DNA of 64,000 nucleotides from an uncultured Desulfatitalea sp. (GCA_963668675.2 CAXXMB010000002.1:2816001-2880000); one strand, 5' to 3'; positions 31,381 through 43,033 are shown, numbered from the stretch's first letter. Notes: generated by a model from the letters alone, not told the origin. Translations and numbers: made by a program.

Positions 31381-32547
31381 ATGACCATGACAACTCAATG
31401 GAAACCGTCTGAAATAATCATTGACCGACGCGCAGAGAATGACCCGGCAACACATTTTATCCTTAGCAATTGCCCATCCGTTCCCGTAAAATTCGTAACA
31501 AGCGCCAAATCCAATTCGGTAGTGGCAGCTTCAAATGTTCTCGCGAATTCGGGCGACAGCATGCTTGAGAAAATCATCGCAGGAAAAAATGTCTTGTTTG
31601 TGGCACCGGCGTCCAACAGCACCGTTGATACTTTCACAATGCCGGATGAAAGAATCCTTTGCCCCCATTTTGATCGTGTTAAATTTGCCTCCAACGGTTG
31701 TTTTTATCAATGTGACTGGTGTTATTTGAAGCTCACTTATCGCGCATCGAGACCATTTATCACCGTCTACGCAAATTTTGACTCTATCGCTGAAAAGTTG
31801 AAAAAACGACTTTCGCAGGCACAGGGACCGGTCATTTTCAATAGTGGTGAAATGGCTGATTCGCTGGCTTTGGAGCATATAACGGGCGCCGCGAGGTATT
31901 TTATACCCTGGTTCGGCAGGGCGGATAATGGATATATGTTCATGCTTACCAAGAGCGACAACGTTGATGACATCCTTGATCTGGATCACAATGGCCACAC
32001 GATTGTTGCGTGGAGTATGAATGAAGCATCCGTTTCAAGAAAATTTGAAATCGGCGCCCCTTCTTTTGACAGGCGTTTAAGAGCTGCAGAAAAAGTGCAA
32101 AATGCTGGTTACCCTCTCAGAATAAGACTCGACCCTATAGTACCCTTTGATGGATGGCAGGCGGCTTATACAGAAACGATTAGAAAAATATTTGAAAAAA
32201 TCCAACCAGAAAGAATTACTCTGGGCACATTAAGATTTGAACCTGGGTTTTACAAGAATCGCAAGACGATATTCACATCCGGTCAAGAATTGCCGAATAT
32301 GTTGGAAGACATGAAACCGATGTTTAAGGAGGCTAAAATGCCCGGCGGTAAAAGCAGTGTCGGCAAATACAGTTTTTCTGAAGAACAGCGAATCGAAATA
32401 TTTAAAATTGCCATTGATGAAATCAGGAAGTATTCCGATTGCAAAATTGCCCTTTGCAAAGAGTCGGCTGATGTTTGGGATAGAGTGGGACTTGAGAAGT
32501 CCAGATGCAGTTGTGTTTGTCAGTTGGATTATGCTGATATGACTTGA
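31381..32547 (+). CDS. Spore photoproduct lyase-like (SplB) radical SAM protein
   Basis: GCFYQCDWCYL (CxxxCxxC), FNSGEMADSL, LTKSDN, RLDPIV, ITLGTLRF. Confidence 0.8.
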   Translation: MTMTTQWKPSEIIIDRRAENDPATHFILSNCPSVPVKFVTSAKSNSVVAASNVLANSGDSMLEKIIAGKNVLFVAPASNSTVDTFTMPDERILCPHFDRVKFASNGCFYQCDWCYLKLTYRASRPFITVYANFDSIAEKLKKRLSQAQGPVIFNSGEMADSLALEHITGAARYFIPWFGRADNGYMFMLTKSDNVDDILDLDHNGHTIVAWSMNEASVSRKFEIGAPSFDRRLRAAEKVQNAGYPLRIRLDPIVPFDGWQAAYTETIRKIFEKIQPERITLGTLRFEPGFYKNRKTIFTSGQELPNMLEDMKPMFKEAKMPGGKSSVGKYSFSEEQRIEIFKIAIDEIRKYSDCKIALCKESADVWDRVGLEKSRCSCVCQLDYADMT

Positions 32548-32707
32548 ATATTGATTATCAAGTTATCAAATGTTTCACCAACCAATACACAGCGTACCCA
32601 ATGCCGATGCCAAAGGGCACCATGATTCATGGCCGGCATAGGGGCGTTTCTTTAAATCTCCAAGCATAGATGCCGACTGCCAGGATGCTATTCATTTTAG
32701 TCAGTGA

Positions 32708-33415
32708 CTAATAATTATCAAAAACAAAAGGCATTGCCCAATCAGGAAGGATACCTTTCAGTCTCTCTATCTCGTTCTTTTTATAATCTATTAAGGCATA
32801 GCAGGTTTCTTTTACATATGCCAAATCTGACTTGATATCCAAACATGTAGGTCGGACCAAGCATTCCCTGCATGGAACGCTATTATTCATCAGAATTAGT
32901 TTGTCGTTTTCATTAATCGCTATCTGATAAGCCTTATCGCAAATATTTTTCCATTCATCCATCGATTTAGTTGCTTTTTTTAAACCGTCGTTCAAAGTCA
33001 GTTTCATTTCGTAGTTATTGCTACCCTCATCGAATTTGAACGAGCATACGTATTTGTATGCACAATCAGAAAAATACCCCTCTTTTTTATATTGGTCGTA
33101 CATCATTTGTGATGCTGGCATAATTCTATACTCACCGGACTTTTCATATAAAGAGATTATTATCAACTCGCAAGCCAAATTGTCCGGAGATAAATTACCT
33201 CTTATCCATTGATGCTGTTTTGTTTGCGTAAGGTTTTCATAGGCTCTAAGTATCAAATATATAACGCCTTCCAATTTGAAAGGATAGCCATCAGAACTAC
33301 AGAACAACAATATTTGATCTTTTCCATTTGGAAGTAAAAAGGATTCATTTTTGTATTCGATCACTATATTCGCAGGTGTTCCCAAAGCTTCCTCTTCTTT
33401 CTTATCTGCTATCAA
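32708..33415 (-). CDS. Hypothetical AT-rich protein, start uncertain
   Basis: Open frame of more than 220 codons; Cys cluster PCRECLVRPTC...C near the C-terminus. Confidence 0.55.
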   Translation of the reverse strand: MIADKKEEEALGTPANIVIEYKNESFLLPNGKDQILLFCSSDGYPFKLEGVIYLILRAYENLTQTKQHQWIRGNLSPDNLACELIIISLYEKSGEYRIMPASQMMYDQYKKEGYFSDCAYKYVCSFKFDEGSNNYEMKLTLNDGLKKATKSMDEWKNICDKAYQIAINENDKLILMNNSVPCRECLVRPTCLDIKSDLAYVKETCYALIDYKKNEIERLKGILPDWAMPFVFDNY

Positions 33416-33416
33416 T

Positions 33417-34067
33417 CTACTCAAACTCCTCAAAAAACAGGTAATCCATCTCAAATGTTTTAACCGGTTTTAATCCGAGCTCATACATTTCGAACATCTA
33501 AACAAGTTTTTCGCCATCGACCAATTCAATGGGTGTTACACCATCACGCCGGGCTTCACGTTTGGCATTCTGGGTAAAGGTTCCGGTTGTCGTTATTATC
33601 CCTTTATCCGCCCGTCCCATCATGGCGCCTCTGAAATCCCTAACCACTGGAGCCCCAACTGTTTCTTTAAAGCGTTTGCATTGGAACAACACCTTGAAAC
33701 TTACAAACGGATTGACCTGGAGTAACCCAATTCCATCAATACCACCATCACCTGAACGCCCGGTGACATTAACTTGCTCAAACCCTGATTCCCGAAGCAA
33801 CCTTTGACAAATTCGTTCAAATCCGGCTGGTGATAACGCCTTCAACGTATTTAAGAGCTCTGCCCGATAATCGACATGGTCACTTGAAATATCCTCTTCT
33901 TCATCTGGAATGATCTCGGCATCGTTATCATCGTCGATGACTTTGAGTTTTCTTTTTTCTCTTGCCTCCTGCGACCTGTTCTTTCGCACTTCATATAAAT
34001 CGAGCAAGTCGCTATCTTTGAGATCGGATTTAAGCCCTTTTTCCGTGAGTGACCATGCTCCATGTTT
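33417..34067 (-). pseudogene. mrr: Mrr-type (type IV) restriction endonuclease, N-truncated with premature stop
   Basis: GAWSLTEKG, FERICQRLL, GRSGDGGIDG, QCKRF, RDFRGAM, IELVDGEKLV*(TAG 33498-500)MFEMYELGLKP. Confidence 0.85.
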
Positions 34068-34442
34068 GAAGATTTTATCTTCCCTTCGACGGAAAATTAC
34101 CCAACGACAATCGATAGGTTCTGATGGCAGTGAAATTTCAATTATTCAGCAAACTCTAATTAAATATAATCAAGGGCTTATGTATTCCAGTCTCTGGACG
34201 AAACCGAACCATGGGAATGCAGGGCAGTTACAACATTTTAATTATAACATTGTGCCTATAACTGTCGAACACAAGATTCAATCTCCCTCGGTTTTTTGCT
34301 CTCTATTATCACCGATAGCTGTCATTTTTTTTTACAGTGAGTAAACCCCGCCAGCTTATGTCTTTGCCCGTCACACGGCCTGTTTTCACCGTTCAGGAAA
34401 TATCTTGAATTATCATAGACAGTTTCCACCAAAGCCCTTCAT

Positions 34443-34458
34443 TGGCATGGCGGTTGCT
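34443..34458 (+). promoter_or_regulatory. Sigma-54 -24/-12 promoter
   Basis: TGGCATGGCGGTTGCT (GG-N10-GC). Confidence 0.75.
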
Positions 34459-34539
34459 GTTAAACATATCTATACCAAGGAGAAGTGATTTTCATAAAAA
34501 TCAGCGGGTGATCGCGCATGTTGACAATCATGCGGGAGG

Positions 34540-35538
34540 TTGGATTTGGCCAAGCAACGTTGGATAAAATGGGCGATCCTTGCGGTCCTATTGATAGCTG
34601 CAACTGGTGCGATTTTACGTTTCAGCCGCCGCAACGATCAAGTTCCAGAAGGAATCGCTTCAGGCAATGGCAGAATCGAAGCCACTGAGGTGGATATCGC
34701 CACAAAGCTCGCGGGCCGGCTTGCCGAGGTGATGGTTCGCGAAGGCGATATGGTCCAAGCTGGAGAAATAGTAGCGCGTATGGATACCTATGAATTAATG
34801 GCTCAAATGCGCAACGCGCAGGCCGAGATCCGGCGGGCCGAACAGGAGCGGCGCTATGCAGCAGCCGTGATTGATCAGTTCAGAAGCGAACTCTCCTTGG
34901 CGCAGAAGGAACTTGACCGGTCCCAGCAATTGTTCGAAGTCAAATGCATCACCCTGCAGAGCCTTCAGCGTCAGGAAACAGCAACACAGTCCGCCCAGGC
35001 AGCCCTGGTGGCAGCCAAGGCTCGATTGGCCAATACGATTGCGGCGATCGATGCCGCTAAGGCCAGAGCCGACGAGATTCAGACCTATGTGGACGACAGC
35101 AGTCTAAAAACCCCTCTCGGCGGCCGCATCATTTACAGATTGGCCGAACCTGGAGAAGTGCTTTCCCCAGGGGGAAAAATTCTTTCGGTACTAGACGTGA
35201 CCGATGTTTACATGACCATCTTTTTGCCGACCCGTGAGGCAGGGTGTGTCTTCGTGGGTTGTGATGCGCGGATCGTTCTTGACGCATTACCCGATAACTC
35301 TATCCCGGCCAAAGTCTCCTTTGTCGCCGCTAAGGCACAATTTACGCCCAAGGAGGTGGAGACTCGCACGGAGCGTGAAAAACTTATGTTCCGCATCAAG
35401 GTCAAAATTGATGCCGATCTTTTACGTGCTCACGCAGAAAAGGTTAAAACAGGTCTCCCCGGGGTGGCATATGTGCGATTGGACCCGGATGTACAGTGGC
35501 CACCTCATTTGCAGAATTCACTGGGCAAGGTACAATAG
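34540..35538 (+). CDS. yhiI: HlyD-family membrane fusion protein (YhiI-like)
   Basis: SGNGRIEATEVDIATK, AQFTPKEVET, KTGLPGVAYV. Confidence 0.9.
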   Translation: MDLAKQRWIKWAILAVLLIAATGAILRFSRRNDQVPEGIASGNGRIEATEVDIATKLAGRLAEVMVREGDMVQAGEIVARMDTYELMAQMRNAQAEIRRAEQERRYAAAVIDQFRSELSLAQKELDRSQQLFEVKCITLQSLQRQETATQSAQAALVAAKARLANTIAAIDAAKARADEIQTYVDDSSLKTPLGGRIIYRLAEPGEVLSPGGKILSVLDVTDVYMTIFLPTREAGCVFVGCDARIVLDALPDNSIPAKVSFVAAKAQFTPKEVETRTEREKLMFRIKVKIDADLLRAHAEKVKTGLPGVAYVRLDPDVQWPPHLQNSLGKVQ

Positions 35539-38274
35539 ATGACGAATTATGTCGCGCGCATCGCGGGTTTGACCCATCGATACGATGATGTAGTGGCCCT
35601 GGATAACGTGAATTTAGAGATTCCGACAGGTTGCATGATAGGATTCATCGGCCCTGACGGAGTGGGCAAATCCACTCTGTTGGGTCTAATTGCCGGGGCG
35701 CGAGCTATCCAGGTCGGATCCCTATGTTTACTGGGCGGGGATATGCGCTCAAGGCGCCATCGGACGTTTGTTAATCCGCAGATTGCCTATATGCCCCAGG
35801 GATTGGGGAAAAATCTTTATGCTACCTTGTCGGTATTTGAGAATGTGGACTTTTTTGGCCGTCTCTTCGGATTGGAAAAAAGCGAGCGCCGTCTGCGCAT
35901 TAAAGAGCTGTTGAAGAGCACCGGAATGGACCATTTTGCCGATCGCCCAGCAGGTAAGCTTTCCGGCGGCATGAAACAAAAACTCGGCTTGTGTTGCGCC
36001 CTGATTCACAATCCCGACCTGCTGATCCTGGACGAACCCACCACCGGGGTGGATCCTCTTTCCCGCAGGCAATTCTGGGAACTTATCGAGCGTATTCGAT
36101 TGCGCAGAGCGGGTATGAGTGTTCTGGTGGCTACAGCTTACATGGAAGAAGCCGAACGGTTTGACTGGCTGGTGGCTATGAACGCCGGAAGCGTATTGGC
36201 AACGGGCCACTGCGATAGACTCAAAGCACATACCAGACAGACCTCGCTGGAAGCGGCATTTATCAGTCTGCTTCCGGAAGATCAACGCAAAGGGCACGGG
36301 TTCCCTGTCATCCCTCCCCGCCGGCAAGGCGAAGGGATGTGTGCCATTGATGCTCGGGGCCTGACCAAACGGTTTGATGATTTTACCGCAGTGGATAGGG
36401 TCAGCTTCCGTATAGAGCAGGGTGAAATCTTCGGCTTTTTGGGTTCCAACGGTTGCGGCAAAACCACCACGATGAAGATGTTGACTGGTCTTTTGCCACC
36501 TTCCGAAGGATATGCCGGCCTGTTCGGGGAAGCGTTGGACGCCAACGATCTGGCGACGCGCCGGCGGGTGGGTTACATGTCCCAGGGATTTTCTCTTTAT
36601 TCGGAGCTTTCCGTGAGACAAAATTTAGATCTTCATGCCCGGTTGTTTCATGTCGCGCCGGCCAAGACTCCCAAACGGGTTATGGAGTTGATGCAACGAT
36701 TCGGTCTTGCATCTTATGGAGATATGCCGGCGGCCGATTTGCCGCTGGGTATCAGGCAACGCCTCTCGCTGGCAGTGGCCCTGGTGCATAATCCAGAGAT
36801 ACTGATTCTGGATGAGCCCACCTCTGGTGTGGATCCAGTGGCTAGAGATCAGTTCTGGGAGTTGCTGGTAGATCTTTCCCGCAACGATGGCGTTACCATT
36901 TTTATCTCCACCCATTTCATGAATGAGGCCGAGCGCTGCGACCGTATTTCGCTGATGCACGCGGGGCGAGTGATGGCAGACGGAACCCCAGAGGATCTGA
37001 AACGCAGGCGCGGCGCATCGAGCCTTGAGGAAGCCTTTATCGGCTATCTGGAGTCCGCCATGAGCGTTTCAGCTCAGGCACAGGATACCCAGGAACAGAC
37101 AGCATTTGATTCCATGCCGCCCAGCAATGTCCACGGTGTTCCCAGGATGTTCAGCCTGCTACGGTTTCTGGGTTACGCCCACCGAGAGGCCATGGAAATC
37201 CGCCGCGACCCAATCCGTTTGACTGTCGCAGCTTTGGGTTCGGTTCTTTTGATGTTCATTCTGGGATACGGCATCACCATGGACGTGGAGGATCTCTCCT
37301 TTGCCGTGCTAGACCAGGACGGAACACCTCAAAGTATCGATTATGCTTTGAATATCTGCGGATCCCGCTACTTTATAGAGCAACATCAGTTGGTTGATTT
37401 CGCAGATATGGAACGGCGCATGCGCAACGGTGAATTGAGCTTGGCTGTTGCCATACCACCTGATTTCGGGCGCGATCTTAAAAGAGGTCGCCAACCGGAA
37501 GTGGGTGTTTGGGTGGACGGCGCCATGCCTTTTCGGGCCGAAACTATAAAAGGGTATATACAGGGGCTTCACGCCCAATACGTTGCCGACCGACTCCACG
37601 ACAATCAAGGATGGACTCCCCAGGCGGCTCCGGCCAATCTGCAGATGCGGTATCGCTATAATCAGGATTTCAAGAGTATTTATGCTATGGTACCGGCCGT
37701 GATTCCTCTTCTGTTGGTGTTTATCCCGGCCATTCTGATGGCCCTGGGAGTAGTCCGGGAAAAGGAGTTGGGTTCTATCATCAACCTCTATGTAACTCCG
37801 GTTACGCGCCTGGAGTTCCTGTTAGGCAAACAGCTTCCCTATATCGGCATCGGGCTGATCAGTTTTTTAGGGTTGTCGGCCTTGGCCGTGGTGGTTTTCC
37901 AGGTACCGGTGAAGGGCAGCTTCATAGCGCTGACTGCTGGAGCCCTGCTTTACGTCACTGCCACCACTGGGATCGGTCTGCTGATGTCCGCGTTTACCCA
38001 TACGCAAATTGCGGCGCTTGCCGGCACTGCTATCGTAACTTTGCTGGCTGCCGTCAATTTTTGCGGCATTACCCATCCGGTCTCTTCCCTTGAAGGGATT
38101 GGTGCTTTTATCGGTAAGATATTTCCCACCACTTATTTTCTGATCATCAGTCGCGGTATTTTTACCAAGGCCTTGGGGTTTGCTGAGCTCTATCCTAGCT
38201 TTATCGCCCTTTCGGCTTTCATCCCTGTCTTGACGGTGTTGAGCACCCTGGCATTGCGAAAACAGGGAAGGTAG
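35539..38274 (+). CDS. rbbA: Dual ABC ATPase + permease RbbA/YhiH
   Basis: [25 protein letters not shown]; second [10 protein letters not shown]-terminal ABC-2 permease. Confidence 0.95.
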   Translation: MTNYVARIAGLTHRYDDVVALDNVNLEIPTGCMIGFIGPDGVGKSTLLGLIAGARAIQVGSLCLLGGDMRSRRHRTFVNPQIAYMPQGLGKNLYATLSVFENVDFFGRLFGLEKSERRLRIKELLKSTGMDHFADRPAGKLSGGMKQKLGLCCALIHNPDLLILDEPTTGVDPLSRRQFWELIERIRLRRAGMSVLVATAYMEEAERFDWLVAMNAGSVLATGHCDRLKAHTRQTSLEAAFISLLPEDQRKGHGFPVIPPRRQGEGMCAIDARGLTKRFDDFTAVDRVSFRIEQGEIFGFLGSNGCGKTTTMKMLTGLLPPSEGYAGLFGEALDANDLATRRRVGYMSQGFSLYSELSVRQNLDLHARLFHVAPAKTPKRVMELMQRFGLASYGDMPAADLPLGIRQRLSLAVALVHNPEILILDEPTSGVDPVARDQFWELLVDLSRNDGVTIFISTHFMNEAERCDRISLMHAGRVMADGTPEDLKRRRGASSLEEAFIGYLESAMSVSAQAQDTQEQTAFDSMPPSNVHGVPRMFSLLRFLGYAHREAMEIRRDPIRLTVAALGSVLLMFILGYGITMDVEDLSFAVLDQDGTPQSIDYALNICGSRYFIEQHQLVDFADMERRMRNGELSLAVAIPPDFGRDLKRGRQPEVGVWVDGAMPFRAETIKGYIQGLHAQYVADRLHDNQGWTPQAAPANLQMRYRYNQDFKSIYAMVPAVIPLLLVFIPAILMALGVVREKELGSIINLYVTPVTRLEFLLGKQLPYIGIGLISFLGLSALAVVVFQVPVKGSFIALTAGALLYVTATTGIGLLMSAFTHTQIAALAGTAIVTLLAAVNFCGITHPVSSLEGIGAFIGKIFPTTYFLIISRGIFTKALGFAELYPSFIALSAFIPVLTVLSTLALRKQGR

Positions 38275-38276
38275 CT

Positions 38277-39404
38277 ATGCCCGGAATTAAAAATATTTTC
38301 CATTTGGGTGCCAAGGAACTTCTCAGCCTGTGGCATGACAAGGTTCTTTTCTTATTTGTAATATGGGTGTTTTCAGGAGGCATATACACCGCTGCTACCG
38401 CCACTTCCCAGGAACTGCACAATGCGCCCCTGGCCATTGTGGATGAAGACCGCTCTCAACTTTCGGGCCGAATCATCGATAGTTTTTACGGGCCTTATTT
38501 CAAAACGCCCGAACGAATCGAACAGACGCAAGTAGATCCCGGTCTCGACAGTGGCCTATATACCTTTGTGATGGTTATTCCTTCTGGATTTGAAAAGGAT
38601 GTGATTGAAGGTCGTCAGCCTGAAATTCAGGTTAACATCGACGCCACCCGTATGAGCCAGGCGTTTATCGGTGCCGGATACATCAACAGCATCACCCTTA
38701 TCGCCATTGGCGAATTCCTTAAAGGCTACCGCGGAGATGTTGTCTCCGCCATCAAACAGCAGATCTGCGTCAAATTCAATCCTAATTTGACCAGCTACTG
38801 GTTCGGCAGCGTCATGGAGATTATCAACAACATTACCATGCTGTCCATTATTTTAACCGGGGCGGCGCTGATTCGAGAACGGGAGCACGGCACCATCGAG
38901 CACTTGTTAGTTATGCCTTTGACCCCTTTTGAAATTATGGCGGCCAAGGTATGGTCCAGTGGTTTGGTTGTGCTTGTTGGAGCAGGTTTGTCTTTGTGGC
39001 TAATGGTGCAAAAGGTGCTGGGCGTTCCCATTGCCGGGTCTGTTGTGCTTTTTCTGGTCGGAACCGCTTTGCACTTATTTTCCACAACATCCATTGGTAT
39101 CTTCCTGGGTACGCTGGCACGCTCCATGCCTCAATTGGGATTGCTGATGATCCTGGTTTTGCTACCGCTTCAAATACTGTCCGGCGGTATCACTCCACGG
39201 GAGAGCATGCCCCAAATCGTGCAGATGGTGATGCAGTTCGCTCCCACCACCCACTTTGTGGCCTTTGCTCAGGCAATTCTCTATCGGGGAGCCGGTCTGG
39301 AAGCAGTATGGGCGAACCTGATCGCCATCATCGCCATTGGGTCTATCTTTTTTATCATCGCCTTGCTCCGCTTCCGCAAAAGCATCACCCTGACCCAAGT
39401 CTGA
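38277..39404 (+). CDS. yhhJ: ABC-2 type permease YhhJ-like
   Basis: GAALIREREHGTIEHLLVMP, LSGGITPRESMP. Confidence 0.92.
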   Translation: MPGIKNIFHLGAKELLSLWHDKVLFLFVIWVFSGGIYTAATATSQELHNAPLAIVDEDRSQLSGRIIDSFYGPYFKTPERIEQTQVDPGLDSGLYTFVMVIPSGFEKDVIEGRQPEIQVNIDATRMSQAFIGAGYINSITLIAIGEFLKGYRGDVVSAIKQQICVKFNPNLTSYWFGSVMEIINNITMLSIILTGAALIREREHGTIEHLLVMPLTPFEIMAAKVWSSGLVVLVGAGLSLWLMVQKVLGVPIAGSVVLFLVGTALHLFSTTSIGIFLGTLARSMPQLGLLMILVLLPLQILSGGITPRESMPQIVQMVMQFAPTTHFVAFAQAILYRGAGLEAVWANLIAIIAIGSIFFIIALLRFRKSITLTQV

Positions 39405-39448
39405 TTTGAGGCCCAGGTGGTCGTCAATAGGAAAAACGGAGCTGCCCT

Positions 39449-41005
39449 TCAGGCCGCAATTGGGTCTAATTGTTCCCGCTTGGGGTCTGCTTTCGAATCC
39501 GTTTGAAAATGGTTAACAGTGATTGTGTACAGGTCCATCATCTGCTGTGCTGCCTGTTCCGGATCAATTTGCATGTGGGCTTTCATCATAATTCTCTGCA
39601 CTTGCTCAGATCGGAACTCGCGTGACTGATTGTAAAAGGCCATGGCTTGGTCTACAGCCCAAATTAGACCCTCACGGTTTAAATGTTTAAAAAGAAATCC
39701 TGTGCCAGTCTGGCCAGCCATATCCAGATCCTCAACACAGTCGTGAATTGCACAAGTGTCATGGGCTATTGAGAGAGTACCATAACGTTGACCGATTTTA
39801 CAGGGAAGTGCGCATGGATCCAATTGCATCGGCATAAGGACAAACTCTGCCCCAGCATATGCAAGCCGGTAAAGTTGAGAATCGAAATCGCACACAGCTG
39901 CACGATCCGAAGCGTGAAGATAATCTATCGTCGTTCGTACGTGTTCTTGATAGTCTCCATCTGCAACAAAAACCAATTGTAGGCGCTGTTCACGATATCG
40001 TTCCAGAACCTCCGGTAAGACTTCTACCATGAGTCGGCACCCGAGACGCGAGCTATCCAATCGGGTAGGCCAAAAACATAAAGGTGCCGCTGAATCTATT
40101 CGCAAATTAAGGAGAGCCTGGAGGTGTAGTTTATTGAAAAGCTTTTCAGTAAAATGATTGTTTGGACCATAGCGCCTTATCAAAGCACGGTCAATATTTG
40201 GATTAAAAGACGGATCCGGTATTGGGGGCATGATGCAAAGGTTACCTGATTGCAATTTGTCTTTCAAAACGGCCTTGAGCCAAACGTCTGCATGATTGTT
40301 GCTGTCATCGATCAACGTATTGAGATAGCTATGGCTGAACACGTTGGCCACTTTAGCAGAAAACAGACCACTCGTTAAAAGATCGACTGGATTGCTGTTC
40401 CTGGTTTCCTGATAATTCATTGGCATCCGGCAATAGAAACAATGGTTCCAGAATACGGCAGGATCAATGCCGCGATCCTCGATGGTGGATAACAGCAGTT
40501 TTGGAGAATTTAAACGATACATAGTAAAAAGGCATGGAATTCCGTATTGTCGAGCCATTGCAGGGATAAGACCCGTCATCCAGCCATAGCAATGGATCAG
40601 GTCCGGTTGCACTTCGGGAATGATAAGGTTGATCACTTCGCGTTGAAAAGACAGGGCAATCCTGACATTTTCCTGATCAGCCGTCACAAACAACTTTGGG
40701 TGATAGTAAAAAGACCTATCCTGAGCCAAATGGATTCGGTTTTCGGGAAATTCACTTAGACGGCTATGAATGTCAATCCCCGAAACGCAAGGGTTGGTTG
40801 CCTTGAACACATTCCGATAGTTGGGGATTGCTAAGTGTACGTTGGCTCCGTGCTCCCAGAGCGCATGGATTTGGGTGGAACAGATGTCACCGAGACCGCC
40901 GGCACGAGCGGAAATTGTCTGAGAACCGGGGCCCATACCACAGGGTACACGTGTCATTTCCGGAGAGACTATTAAAATTCGGAGATTATTTTTTATGGCA
41001 TTCAT
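39449..41005 (-). CDS. Glycogen/starch synthase-like GT5 protein with degenerate motifs
   Basis: RAGGLGD, PDLIHCYGWMTG, LMPMQLDPCAL, GTGFLF. Confidence 0.8.
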   Translation of the reverse strand: MNAIKNNLRILIVSPEMTRVPCGMGPGSQTISARAGGLGDICSTQIHALWEHGANVHLAIPNYRNVFKATNPCVSGIDIHSRLSEFPENRIHLAQDRSFYYHPKLFVTADQENVRIALSFQREVINLIIPEVQPDLIHCYGWMTGLIPAMARQYGIPCLFTMYRLNSPKLLLSTIEDRGIDPAVFWNHCFYCRMPMNYQETRNSNPVDLLTSGLFSAKVANVFSHSYLNTLIDDSNNHADVWLKAVLKDKLQSGNLCIMPPIPDPSFNPNIDRALIRRYGPNNHFTEKLFNKLHLQALLNLRIDSAAPLCFWPTRLDSSRLGCRLMVEVLPEVLERYREQRLQLVFVADGDYQEHVRTTIDYLHASDRAAVCDFDSQLYRLAYAGAEFVLMPMQLDPCALPCKIGQRYGTLSIAHDTCAIHDCVEDLDMAGQTGTGFLFKHLNREGLIWAVDQAMAFYNQSREFRSEQVQRIMMKAHMQIDPEQAAQQMMDLYTITVNHFQTDSKADPKREQLDPIAA

Positions 41006-41142
41006 GATTTTACTTTGACCTTTAAAAACTATCGGTTAGTTCGCACAACTATTTGATAACCACCCATCGCCATCGATTGTGAATGAAAAATCTCTAATTT
41101 TGATTTAGCCGTCTTATGCTTCTCGGTATTTTGTTTTTGGAC

Positions 41143-41157
41143 GCAAATGATGTGCCA
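41143..41157 (-). promoter_or_regulatory. Sigma-54 promoter upstream of the glgA-like gene
   Basis: TGGCACATCATTTGC on the minus strand. Confidence 0.7.
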
Positions 41158-41414
41158 ATAACATGAGGGGTTTTTATAGGCACTGTGGTTTTTTCCAACA
41201 TATAAGATGGTTTTCAGTCTTATCAAATAGCAAAAAAACTTGACACTTTTTGTGCCGGTATTCTCTCTAAATTAGGATAGGGTTTACTTTAAGATTGGCA
41301 GGTTCAATCTTTATTCGTAAGCTATTTTTTTACACACTCTGTGCTATCAGGAAAAAGTCGGCACTGTTTCAAGAGGCGCTCCGATGTTGACGACCGTCCT
41401 TTTTTGAAATCAGG

Positions 41415-42941
41415 CTATATATTTAGCTTGCGCATTTTACCCCTCAAGGTACTAGGGTGAAGCTGCAGCAATTCGGCCGCACCGCCAGTTCCGATGATTT
41501 TACCATTGCTTTTTTCAAGCGCTTTCAGAATAATTTTGGTAACGGCATCGTCGAACGGCAGAATTTCCTCATTTTCAAGATTCTTTTGATTGGAGACTGA
41601 AGAAATTGAACCAACTGGGGTCAGATCCAGACATAACTCCTTTGACGAGTAGGACTGAGCCCTTATCAAAGACCGTTCTACCAGGTTCTGCAGTTCACGC
41701 ACATTTCCTGGCCAGTGATAATTCTTCATCTTCTCCAAAGTACCAGCCGGTACATAAACCTCCTTGGCGATTTTCATCTCTCTGCATTTTCTATGGATGA
41801 GATGATCCAACAGGGGCGACATATCCTGAGGACGCTGGCGCAGCGGTGGAATCATAATGGGAAAGACATTGAGTCGAAACCATAGATCCTGTCGAAACAT
41901 ACCACGGCCGACCATCTCTTCTAGATTGCGGTGAGTGGCGCTGATAATACGCACATCGACTGGAATCGTCGACGTACCGCCCACGCGCTCGATTTCCTTG
42001 TACTGTAAAACCCGCAGTAGTTTGACCTGGGCCTCGTGGGGCAGTTCGCCGATCTCGTCTAGGAAGATGGTTCCTCCGTGGGCCCTCTCGAAACGGCCCC
42101 TCTTTTGCGAAATGGCCCCGGTGAAGGCGCCTTTCTCGTGACCGAACAGCTCACTGTCGAGCAGGCTCTTTGTCAAGCCGCCGCAGTTGACCTTCACAAA
42201 AGCTCCCTCCCTGCGTGGAGACGCAGAGTGTAAGGCATTGGCCAACAGTTCCTTGCCTGTGCCTGTTTCCCCCAGCAGGAGCACCGGGCTCTCTAAGGGC
42301 GCCACCTGGCGAATCATTTCCATCACCCCCTTGAGGCCGAAGTCTGCCCCGATGATGGTATCACCCGAAATGTGACGCAGCTCTTCATTCAGGTAGCGGT
42401 TGTCGTCTTCGAGCATCTCCTTCAGGCGCAGCGCCTCCTGATGCTGTAGCGCATTGGCCAGAGCGATGGAGAAGGGTTCGTTGAGCTGGCTCATCAATTG
42501 GGCATGCGCCTCATGGTAGCGATGACGCCCTTCGGCAGCTATGACCAGCTTTCCAATGCGTTGTTTTTCAAGCTCCAGATCCGTATGGAGAATGGAGACA
42601 TCGGCAGGCCAGATCATCTGCACTAGATTCTTCACTTCGGGGGCAATCTCCCCTATATCGTTGACCACCCCGAACTTGGCTTCGGAACGCCAATCGTTCA
42701 TCAGTTGATCGATGGCACCGTCCGGCACAGTGATGACTGCAGGTACCTTGGGCCAGTTATCCGGTGCAATATGGACCAGATTACGCATTAAATTCAAATC
42801 AGGATCATACAAACCGATATGCAGGCCATCGGCCGGAAGGACGCTGTTGAAATATTTAAGTGTCCGGGATAAAGCCCGCCGCAAATTCAAGCTACTGCAT
42901 ATCCTCAAGGTGGCTTCCCAGAAAAATATATTTTGATCCAT
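41415..42941 (-). CDS. Sigma-54 enhancer-binding protein (GAF-AAA+-HTH, FhlA/HyfR-like)
   Basis: GETGTGKE, GAFTGA, FLDEIGE, WPGNVRELQN, GAAELLQLHPSTLR. Confidence 0.95.
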   Translation of the reverse strand: MDQNIFFWEATLRICSSLNLRRALSRTLKYFNSVLPADGLHIGLYDPDLNLMRNLVHIAPDNWPKVPAVITVPDGAIDQLMNDWRSEAKFGVVNDIGEIAPEVKNLVQMIWPADVSILHTDLELEKQRIGKLVIAAEGRHRYHEAHAQLMSQLNEPFSIALANALQHQEALRLKEMLEDDNRYLNEELRHISGDTIIGADFGLKGVMEMIRQVAPLESPVLLLGETGTGKELLANALHSASPRREGAFVKVNCGGLTKSLLDSELFGHEKGAFTGAISQKRGRFERAHGGTIFLDEIGELPHEAQVKLLRVLQYKEIERVGGTSTIPVDVRIISATHRNLEEMVGRGMFRQDLWFRLNVFPIMIPPLRQRPQDMSPLLDHLIHRKCREMKIAKEVYVPAGTLEKMKNYHWPGNVRELQNLVERSLIRAQSYSSKELCLDLTPVGSISSVSNQKNLENEEILPFDDAVTKIILKALEKSNGKIIGTGGAAELLQLHPSTLRGKMRKLNI

Positions 42942-42973
42942 AGGCGCATGACTCCTTAAAAAGTGAAACGGCT

Positions 42974-43033
42974 ATATTTGACACATAATCTATAAAAAAT
43001 CAAATATGACATAAAAACGATCATATTTGACAC
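42974..43033. promoter_or_regulatory. Candidate bEBP upstream activating sequences
   Basis: ATATTTGACAC direct repeats (42974, 43023); perfect inverted pair TCAAATATGA/TCATATTTGA (43000-43030). Confidence 0.6.

Noticed and set aside
8056..33500. Three in-frame TAG codons (8056, 22027, 33498) as possible pyrrolysine or stop-codon recoding
   Set aside because: All lie in genes that are also truncated or deleted, and intact genes here use TAG as a normal stop (e.g. 9288, 13911)
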